Below are positions 35,747-42,598 of a stretch of DNA of 64,000 nt, one piece after another. A model generated the notes under the pieces. It saw nothing but the letters and a program-made list of their open reading frames with translations. It was not told where the DNA came from and searched no databases. Positions within the stretch are counted from its first letter, which is position 1, and every line of letters begins with the position of its first letter. The position numbers were made by a program, and so were the translations under genes. This DNA comes from Bacillota bacterium. GTDB lineage: Bacteria > Bacillota > Clostridia > Oscillospirales > CAG-382. The stretch covers positions 3,057 to 67,056 of the forward strand of contig JAKPGJ010000038.1 in assembly GCA_029550965.1 (NCBI GenBank), given 5' to 3'.

Positions 35747-36081
35747 TACCCCCATCAGGCTTTCCTTTCTGGAAAACCCGAGGAACGCGAATTGCTGCCG
35801 CGTTGGGTCAGCGTCTTGGATTATCAATAATACCCCCATCAGGCTTTCCTTTCTGGAAAACCCGAGGAACGCGAATGATTGCTGCGTTGGGTCAGTGTTG
35901 TAGATTATCAATAATGCCTCCATCAGGCTTTCCTTTCTGGAAAACCCGAGGAACGCGAGTTATTGCTGCGTTGGGTCAGTGTTGTAGATTATCAATAATA
36001 CCCCCTTCAGGCTTTCCTTTCTGGAAAACCCGAGGAACACGAATTGCTGCCGCGTTGGGTCAGCGTCGTGGATTATCAATA
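35696..36081 (+). repeat. Tandem repeat of 4.6 x 84 bp. Each unit re-copies the last codons and stop of the upstream kinase gene plus a 24-nt linker.
   Basis: Unit starts (GAGGAACGCGA) fall at 35696, 35780, 35864, 35948 and 36032, an exact 84-nt period. The units are about 90% identical by eye. Each contains ...TGGGTCAG(C/T)GT(C/T)...GA(C/T)TATCAATA(A/G). Confidence 0.97.
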
Positions 36082-36159
36082 GAACAATTTTAAAACGCTT
36101 TTTCGCGCCCTTGCGGATGCGTTGCAGTTGAAAATTCTTACAAGCAACAAGGAGAAAAA

Positions 36160-36552
36160 ATGTTAACCACAGGAATCAAAGGAGTAAAAACCGTTACCGT
36201 AAACGAAACCAACACCGCCGCCGCGATGGGCAGCGGAGAGCTTGGGGTTTTCGCTACGCCGGCGATGCTCGCGCTGATGGAAGCCTGCGCCGCCGAGAGC
36301 GTTAAGCCCTATCTCGACGCGAACAGCTCGACCGTCGGCATTTCGGCAAACATCCAGCACGTCGCCGCGACGCCGGTCGGCATGACCGTCACCTGCGAGA
36401 GCGAGCTGGTCGCGATCGACGGCAGAAAACTTGTGTTTAAGCTGACCGCCCGCGACGAAAGCGGCCTGATCGGCGAGGGCACGCACGAACGGTTTATTAT
36501 CAGCAAAGAGAAGTTCGTAAGCAAGACCTACGCGAAACTGAATAAGCAATAA
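36160..36552 (+). CDS. Hotdog-fold thioesterase (FlK-like / YbgC-superfamily small thioesterase)
   Basis: 130 aa with a GGAG RBS. The sequence pattern (GSGELGVFATPAMLALME...GTHERFII) is typical of this small thioesterase family from memory. Confidence 0.7.
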   Translation: MLTTGIKGVKTVTVNETNTAAAMGSGELGVFATPAMLALMEACAAESVKPYLDANSSTVGISANIQHVAATPVGMTVTCESELVAIDGRKLVFKLTARDESGLIGEGTHERFIISKEKFVSKTYAKLNKQ

Positions 36553-36556
36553 AAAG

Positions 36557-36596
36557 AAAGCTCCCGAAAAAATCCGGGAGCTTTTTTATTTTTTCC
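36557..36596 (+). terminator. Rho-independent terminator
   Basis: AAAGCTCCCG-AAAAAAT-CCGGGAGCTTTTTTATTTTTT. Confidence 0.9.
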
Positions 36597-36944
36597 TCAA
36601 ATGCTCGTATCCGTGCGCTTTTTATATTTTTCATCAAACGCCCGTATCCGAACAGTATCGCCGCGGTTTCAACGTCGTCCGCAAGCCGGCGATTCCATAC
36701 AATGAATCAAACCGCTGCCGGCTGCGTTTTCGAGATAAGGCTGAAACACCAACAAACCTTTGGCGCAGTTAACGAAGCGCGCATGATAATTTTAAACAGA
36801 ACAAATGCAAAGCGGACTTCTTCTCCCGGCCGGCCCTGCGATATCCGGAATTGATATTTTTTATATTTTAATGATACATTTTTAACTTGTTATGCATATC
36901 ATAATAACGGTTATTAATTTTCTTAATATTTTGTTAAATTTCTA

Positions 36945-36973
36945 TTGATTTGCGCGATGCGGTATAGTATAAT
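36945..36973 (+). promoter_or_regulatory. Sigma-A promoter for the surface-protein gene
   Basis: TTGATT (36945-36950), a 17-nt spacer, then TATAAT (36968-36973). A GGAGAG RBS lies before the ATG at 37009. Confidence 0.6.
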
Positions 36974-37008
36974 AGACAAAAATAAAACATACATAGAGGA
37001 GAGAAATT

Positions 37009-38079
37009 ATGAAAAGAATACTTGTGCTTTTTTGCGTTCTCGCGTTTCTCGTTCCCCTGTTATGCATAAGCACCCGCGCGGCAGAACCCATCACCATATG
37101 GAAGACCGCACAGGCTCCGAAAATCGACTGCGTCCTTGAGGACAGTTACCAGCTCATCGCGGATTCTCAGAAAAATCCAAGTCTGTTTGATATAAAGAAC
37201 AAGCAAAAGCAAAACGTTCAACACCACGTTCAGATATACGCGTGCTGGGACAAGGATTATCTCTACCTATACGTCAAAGCGTCCTGCAACGATCCGCATA
37301 TCGCTTACCGGGACGATGCGGCGATGCATTGGATCTTCAACGCCCATTACGTTATGACGGCGATTCTGCCGGACGACCCGACAAAGGAGATTTACAAAGG
37401 CACGAACGACGATCAAGGCGGCTGGGATTGGAGCACGCTTTACAATAAGAATTACCTGTACGAATGGACTACCATTTACGATTCGAAAAAGAACGAAAGA
37501 GACAGAGCTGACCACTTCGGCGCGCTCGGCAATAAAACCGGATATGACTACCAAGCAAAATCCGAAAAAGGTTACGATATATACGAGGAAAGAATTCCGC
37601 TCAAACAGCTTTCGACGAGCGTCGTGCCCGCCGGTTTGAAACCCGCTGTCGGCTCCGTGTTCGGTTTGGGCGTGAGCGTCGGTTTTGTGGACGTCGGAAC
37701 CGATTATAAAGAAGAAGAACAGGTAAACACGAACTTCAGCAAATACTTTGACGGCAAGAATCTAAGCGCACTGACGCTCTGCAAGCTCGACAGCAATCTT
37801 GACGAGTCGGAGGAAAGCGAAGCCGAGGAGACCAGTTCCGCAGCTTCTTCGCAGACTTCCTCCGTAACCTCCAGCGCCGCTTCGTCCGCGGTATCGAACG
37901 CAGGCGAAACGTCTTCCAAGACCGAGAGCAGCAAATCCGCCGCATCCGTTTCCGAGACGGAAGACATCGGCGATGAGAGCAGCGATTTTGACTACTGGTG
38001 GCTGATCATCAGCGGCACTGCGGTTGTGATCGCCGTTGTCGTCATCGTTCTGATTGTCAGAAAACGCAGACAGGCATAA
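37009..38079 (+). CDS. Secreted, C-terminally membrane-anchored surface protein with a possible CBM9/DOMON-like domain and a Ser-rich stalk
   Basis: 356 aa with a signal peptide (LVPLLCISTRAAEP), a domain containing the YACWDKDYLYLYVKA pattern, a serine-rich linker (SSAASSQTSSVTSSAASS...), a terminal TM helix and a basic tail (VRKRRQA). Confidence 0.7.
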   Translation: MKRILVLFCVLAFLVPLLCISTRAAEPITIWKTAQAPKIDCVLEDSYQLIADSQKNPSLFDIKNKQKQNVQHHVQIYACWDKDYLYLYVKASCNDPHIAYRDDAAMHWIFNAHYVMTAILPDDPTKEIYKGTNDDQGGWDWSTLYNKNYLYEWTTIYDSKKNERDRADHFGALGNKTGYDYQAKSEKGYDIYEERIPLKQLSTSVVPAGLKPAVGSVFGLGVSVGFVDVGTDYKEEEQVNTNFSKYFDGKNLSALTLCKLDSNLDESEESEAEETSSAASSQTSSVTSSAASSAVSNAGETSSKTESSKSAASVSETEDIGDESSDFDYWWLIISGTAVVIAVVVIVLIVRKRRQA

Positions 38080-38090
38080 TCACAAACAAT

Positions 38091-38119
38091 AAAAGCCCGG
38101 CGATGCGCCGGGCTTTTTT
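38091..38119. terminator. Bidirectional rho-independent terminator
   Basis: AAAAGCCCGGCG-ATG-CGCCGGGCTTTTTT, located between convergent genes. Confidence 0.9.
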
Positions 38120-38125
38120 ACTACG

Positions 38126-39331
38126 CTATCTTTTTGCGATCGCGTCCGCGATTTTCTCGCTGAAACCGCCAAGATGATTGCAGTAAATAATCGTATAGGT
38201 ATCGCCGTCCAGCATGATGATTTCCAGAAAACCGCTGTTCTCTATATAATAGTACCTGCCCATGTCTATCTTCATCTTTTTGCACTCTTCTTCCGTGAAC
38301 GCCGTGCTGGGCAGCTCGTCTTTCTGGTTCTTATCCGTCAGATTGTACGTTTTGTCCCGCGCGTACACGTCTCTGGCAATCTTTTCCGAAGAAAACTTGT
38401 AGTTGATAACCGTTATGCGCGCGTTGTCGCTGGACGTAGGCTTCACAATGCTCGGAAGGTTGGCGGCATTGCCGCTTGAGGACGGCTGGGCGCTGTCGTC
38501 GATCGGCAGGTTTTCCTGATAATAGTAATCATAATCGGCAAAAATGCTCATGCGGTACGAACCGCTCTCGGTTCTCTGTTTGTCGGCTTTGATAATGTTG
38601 CTGAGCTTGATGTTGTTGGATTTATTGGATATGTAAGTGTCACTGTAACTGAACGCGCCCGGCCTGATCAGAATCATCGCCGCCGCCGGGACGAATAAAA
38701 GGCCGGATAATGTATAAAGGACCTTCTTTTTCAGAACCGCCGCTTGATAGCCCTTTTTGTTCGGCGTCTGATTGCTTTCAACCATCTCGCACGCTTTTTT
38801 ATACCGAATGCGCATAAACATCCTGCCGACAACCGTCGCGATCATCGCCGCCAGAATAAACGCCCATCCCATGAGCAAAAAGTTCGTCGTATAAAAAGCG
38901 AGTATATCGTCGTTATAGACGTTTATGGACAGCGCGGCCGCGATGATAAAAGCGATTGTTAGAAAAATCTGATAATTGTCGGGCATCGGCATCGGCTTGA
39001 GCGATTCCATTATCTCCGCTTCTATGTTCTTGTCCGAAGGAATCGGAGGAAGATGGCTGCTCTCGGAGCAAAAAACGTACAGCTTCCCGATGATGGAAAC
39101 GAACCGCCAGCCTTCTTTTTCGCAGCTTGCGATAAACTGACCGCGTTTTTCATAGTCTTCCTCGTCGAGCGCGCCGATACCGTAATACAAACGCTTGTCA
39201 TGCAGCGACTCGAAAATTAGCTTTCTGCGGTACGGAATCGGATCCGGGTCTTCGGCGTCCGACTCGACAAACCGCCATCCTTTCGCGGACATATCGGAAA
39301 GATACTCGGCGAAAGCCTCTATTTCATACAT
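38126..39331 (-). CDS. DUF2812-like membrane protein with a C-terminal extracytoplasmic domain (start uncertain)
   Basis: The ORF-track ORF extends to 39523. I prefer the ATG at 39331 (MYEIEAFAEYLSDMSAKGWRFVES...) or the TTG at 39364, which follows GGAGGGG. A duplicated (K/E)GWRFV motif and central TM helices resemble DUF2812. No PadR partner gene is adjacent. Confidence 0.55.
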   Translation of the reverse strand: MYEIEAFAEYLSDMSAKGWRFVESDAEDPDPIPYRRKLIFESLHDKRLYYGIGALDEEDYEKRGQFIASCEKEGWRFVSIIGKLYVFCSESSHLPPIPSDKNIEAEIMESLKPMPMPDNYQIFLTIAFIIAAALSINVYNDDILAFYTTNFLLMGWAFILAAMIATVVGRMFMRIRYKKACEMVESNQTPNKKGYQAAVLKKKVLYTLSGLLFVPAAAMILIRPGAFSYSDTYISNKSNNIKLSNIIKADKQRTESGSYRMSIFADYDYYYQENLPIDDSAQPSSSGNAANLPSIVKPTSSDNARITVINYKFSSEKIARDVYARDKTYNLTDKNQKDELPSTAFTEEECKKMKIDMGRYYYIENSGFLEIIMLDGDTYTIIYCNHLGGFSEKIADAIAKR

Positions 39332-39584
39332 CGGGATACGGCAGTTCTTTTTAATGATATACAACGTTACCCCTCCAGTTCTACGCCCCGCGTTCTTTCT
39401 GCTTTCGGTATAACATATAAATTTGAAAATGTCAACGTATAGTTGCCTTCCGTTGAATTCGACGCGCGCGGAGAATAGATCGAAGATACTTATCAAAAAT
39501 ATAGGTTTTCTTATTGACAGCAACCGATTTAAAAGATATACTTTTATTAATATTAATTCGTAATCATCGGAGGGAGTATATATT

Positions 39585-39959
39585 ATGGCTTATTGCAGCA
39601 ACTGCGGAAATCAAATCAGCGACCAGGCGGTGTTCTGCTCGCGTTGCGGTTTCGTCGTCAATACGAACGTATATAACAGTCCGTTAACCAACAACCCGTT
39701 CACGAACCCTCCGGTCCAAAACGGCTATGCTACCGCTTCGATGGTGCTGGGGATACTCGGCGTGGTGTTTGGCGCCATTTTTTATGCCGCAATTCCCCTG
39801 AACATTATCGGCCTTGTGTTTGGCGTAAAAAGCAGAAAAATCTCCATCAACGGAAAAGGCACTGCGGGACTGGTCTTATCCATAATAGGACTAACGCTTT
39901 CAGTTTTTGCTTTTATCGGGTATTTAAGTTACTATGATTCTCTGTTTTCCATTCGATAA
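39585..39959 (+). CDS. Zinc-ribbon plus DUF4190-like small membrane protein
   Basis: 124 aa with an N-terminal CxxC-x14-CxxC (YCSNCGNQISDQAVFCSRCG) followed by two TM helices. A GGAGGGAG RBS is present. Confidence 0.7.
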   Translation: MAYCSNCGNQISDQAVFCSRCGFVVNTNVYNSPLTNNPFTNPPVQNGYATASMVLGILGVVFGAIFYAAIPLNIIGLVFGVKSRKISINGKGTAGLVLSIIGLTLSVFAFIGYLSYYDSLFSIR

Positions 39960-40470
39960 ATCAAATGACAAGTTTATAAAGGAAGCGGCGGAACTGCTTA
40001 TAGCCTGTTTTCCGCAGGCGTATTCCGACTGCGCGCTTGAAGAGATGGAAAGCATCCTCGACGAAGAGCGTATCGCGATTATGGCGGTGGAAAATGACCG
40101 TTTAATCGGTTTGGCGGGCGCTATTCCGCAATACGGCGTTACCGCATGGGAGCTCCATCCGCTCGCTGTACGCAGCGAGTACCGGGGCAGAGGCATCGGC
40201 TCGCAGCTTGTCGCGGCGCTGGAAAAAGAGGTTGCTTCGCGCGGCGGCATCACCCTTTATCTCGGTACGGATGATGAGTTCGGTCAGACTTCGCTTTCGG
40301 ATACGGATTTATACGAAGACACCTGCGAAAAGATAAAAAACATAAAGAATTTCAAAAAGCATCCCTATGAGTTTTATCAAAAGATCGGATACAAAATCGT
40401 CGGCGTTATTCCGGACGCGAACGGAATCGGCAAACCGGACATATGGATGGCGAAAAGAGTGGTAAAGTGA
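39934..40470 (+). CDS. GNAT acetyltransferase closely resembling aminoglycoside 6'-N-acetyltransferase AAC(6')-Ii
   Basis: 178 aa. GAIPQYGVTAWELHPLAV, LEKEVASRGGITLYLGTDD and HPYEFYQKIGYKIVGVIPDANGIGKPDIWMAKR match my memory of Enterococcus faecium AAC(6')-Ii almost motif for motif. The start overlaps the preceding gene by 26 nt. Confidence 0.75.
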   Translation: MILCFPFDKSNDKFIKEAAELLIACFPQAYSDCALEEMESILDEERIAIMAVENDRLIGLAGAIPQYGVTAWELHPLAVRSEYRGRGIGSQLVAALEKEVASRGGITLYLGTDDEFGQTSLSDTDLYEDTCEKIKNIKNFKKHPYEFYQKIGYKIVGVIPDANGIGKPDIWMAKRVVK

Positions 40471-40525
40471 GATACATTAAAAAAATGTATCTCCTAATTT
40501 TTGTTGCTTTTTCAGGAGTAAAGAA

Positions 40526-41245
40526 ATGAAAATCAATCTGATGACCTTTAACATCCAGCACGGATTCGACCATCGGACAAAAGCGGGGATTAATCTGCCT
40601 CTGATGGCCGAAACCATCAAGAAGTGCGGCGGCGAAATCGTCGGGCTGAACGAAGTCCGCGGCGAAAGCGACCACCCCGAGTACACCGCGCAGGCAGCGT
40701 TTTTAGCAGAACAGCTCGGGTATGAATACTACTTCGCGCCGGCGCTTATATTGGCAGGTCCCTACGGAAACGCGCTGCTCTCGAAATACCCGATTTTAAA
40801 AGCGGAAGTATTCCCCATCGAGGACCCGCCCGTCAAGGACGAGAACGCGTATTACGAAACCCGCTGCATTCTCAAAGCGCTTATCGGCATTCCCGGTTTA
40901 AAAGAAGGGCTTACCGTATTCGTCAGCCATTTCGGGCTTGCCAAAGCGGAGGAACGGAACGCGGTAAAGAAAATCTGCGAACTCTTAAAAGACGTATCCG
41001 GCCCCTGCGTCTTTATGGGCGATTTGAACATGGAGCCGCATGACGAGATATTAAAACCCGTCTACGAGATTCTCAAAGACACCGCGGTGCTGTTTGACAA
41101 ACCGAAGCTCAGCTTCCCTTCCAACAACCCGCGCGTCAAAATCGATTATATTTTTGTGGATAAAAACATGGAGGTTCTGTCGGCGGACATTCCCGAAATC
41201 GTCGCTTCCGACCACAGACCGCATATCGCGACGATCGACCTGTAA
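40526..41245 (+). CDS. Endonuclease/exonuclease/phosphatase (EEP) family protein
   Basis: 239 aa with an N-terminal LMTFNIQHG, an internal GLNEV, and C-terminal GDLNMEP and SDHRP motifs typical of the EEP fold. Confidence 0.8.
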   Translation: MKINLMTFNIQHGFDHRTKAGINLPLMAETIKKCGGEIVGLNEVRGESDHPEYTAQAAFLAEQLGYEYYFAPALILAGPYGNALLSKYPILKAEVFPIEDPPVKDENAYYETRCILKALIGIPGLKEGLTVFVSHFGLAKAEERNAVKKICELLKDVSGPCVFMGDLNMEPHDEILKPVYEILKDTAVLFDKPKLSFPSNNPRVKIDYIFVDKNMEVLSADIPEIVASDHRPHIATIDL

Positions 41246-41247
41246 AC

Positions 41248-41278
41248 AAAAAAGTGTGCCGGAAAAGGCACACTTTTT
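41248..41278. terminator. Bidirectional rho-independent terminator
   Basis: AAAAAGTGTGCC-GGAAAA-GGCACACTTTTT, located between convergent genes. Confidence 0.9.
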
Positions 41279-41289
41279 ATTGTCTTTTT

Positions 41290-42234
41290 TTACTTGAACA
41301 TTCTTTTTTTCATAAAGTAAACCGCCGAGGCGATGCAGATGACAACCGTCAGAACAATGACGTAAAAGAAGCCCCAGGCGCCGTTTACCAGCGGAATATT
41401 GCTGAAGTCAAGATTCATGCCGAACGCGCTGAAAATAATGTTCGGGATCGACAATACGATCGTGATGATCGCCAAAAACTTCATGACGATGTTCAGGTTG
41501 TTGGAAATGACCGAAGCGAAGGCGTCCATGGTGCCGCTCAGAATTCCGCTGTAAATGTTCGCCATTTCGATCGCCTGCTTGTTCTCGATGATGACGTCCT
41601 CAAGGAGGTCAGTATCCTCGGGATATTTCTTGATGTTATCGGTCCGCAGCAGTTTTTCAAGCACGATTTCGTTCGAGCGCAAAGCGGTGGTAAAATACAC
41701 AAGGCTCTTTTCGAGCTTTAAAAGCTCGATCAGCTCGCTGTTCTGGGTCGAGCCGTGCAGCTTGCGTTCAACAATCTCGCTCTTCTTATCAATGTTATGC
41801 AGATACTGCAAAAACAAAGTGGCGTTTCTATAAAGAATCTGAAGCACAAACCGCGTCTTCATATGGGTATAAAAATCCCTGACCCGCCCGTTCATAAACG
41901 CGTCCAAAATCGGCGTATCGGTAAGACATACGGTTATAATGATTTCTTTGGTTAAAATAATAGAAAGCGGAATGGTTGTATAGAGTTCTTCTTTTTTCCG
42001 CTGTTCGATCATGGGTATGTTCACGACAATCATGTTATAATTGTCGCCGATTTCAATTCTCGAACGCTCTTCTTCGTCCAATGCCGCTCTCAATGTGTCA
42101 ACGTCGAGGCTGCATTTCTCGGAAACCAACGCAAGTTCGCTCTCGGTCGGGTTTGTCAGGCAAATCCAGCATCCGGGCTGCGGCTGCTCGATCTTGTTCA
42201 AACTGCCGTTTTCAGAAAGAAACATTCTGATCAT
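41290..42234 (-). CDS. corA: CorA family magnesium/cobalt transporter
   Basis: 314 aa with a cytoplasmic N-domain, two C-terminal TM helices and the signature FGMN motif (IIFSAFGMNLDF). Confidence 0.9.
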   Translation of the reverse strand: MIRMFLSENGSLNKIEQPQPGCWICLTNPTESELALVSEKCSLDVDTLRAALDEEERSRIEIGDNYNMIVVNIPMIEQRKKEELYTTIPLSIILTKEIIITVCLTDTPILDAFMNGRVRDFYTHMKTRFVLQILYRNATLFLQYLHNIDKKSEIVERKLHGSTQNSELIELLKLEKSLVYFTTALRSNEIVLEKLLRTDNIKKYPEDTDLLEDVIIENKQAIEMANIYSGILSGTMDAFASVISNNLNIVMKFLAIITIVLSIPNIIFSAFGMNLDFSNIPLVNGAWGFFYVIVLTVVICIASAVYFMKKRMFK

Positions 42235-42540
42235 TTTGTATTCTCCTTTCGATTACCCGTACGGACAGAGTAATCTCCAAAGAGAATACGCCTGTCCTAC
42301 GCGGTATTATTGTGATTTCTACTGTCTGGTTCTGGCCGAGGACTCATAAAATCACTCTCCCGTAAGACTTTTTTTAAAAAAAAGCTATCCTCGAATTCCG
42401 TTTTTTAGCGCTGTTTTTTGAGCACCTTGAATATAGTATCACAAGCTTTATAAAAAATCAACAGGGCAAAGCCGGTTTCGCGTTTAAATTAATATTATTT
42501 TTACTTATAATGAATTTTCTGTTAATTCTAAACAACCCGA

Positions 42541-42569
42541 TGGACAAAAACCGGCTGGAATGGTATAAT
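42541..42569 (+). promoter_or_regulatory. Sigma-A promoter (extended -10) for the large membrane-protein gene
   Basis: TGGACA (42541-42546), a 17-nt spacer, then TGgTATAAT with the -10 at 42564-42569. A GAGAGGGA RBS lies before the ATG at 42599. Confidence 0.55.
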
Positions 42570-42598
42570 ACGGTCGAAAATACCAAGAGAGGGAAAAT

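Noticed and set aside
35696-36081. A CRISPR array interpretation of the 84-bp periodic repeat.
   Set aside because: The segments between the conserved parts are not unique spacers but variants of the same sequence. The period of 84 nt with only about 24 nt of linker does not fit a repeat/spacer organisation. No cas genes or leader are present.
35696-36081. A diversity-generating retroelement (template/variable repeat) interpretation.
   Set aside because: The differences between copies are not adenine-specific; they are mostly C/T and G/A third-position changes. No reverse transcriptase or accessory gene is nearby. There are five copies rather than a TR/VR pair.
35719-36093. A 124-aa + strand ORF encoding a 28-aa repeat protein (IIPPSGFPFWKTRGTRIAAALGQR...), and the minus-strand ORF at 35708..35923.
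   Set aside because: Both are by-products of the tandem repeat being open in other frames. They have no RBS. In these frames the inter-copy substitutions are non-synonymous, whereas they are synonymous in the kinase frame.
42235-42360. An M-box (ykoK) riboswitch upstream of corA.
   Set aside because: The conserved M-box blocks that I remember (GUUAGGUGAGGCU, CUGCUGCC, AACUAACGA) are absent. The region is kept only as an unclassified structured leader.
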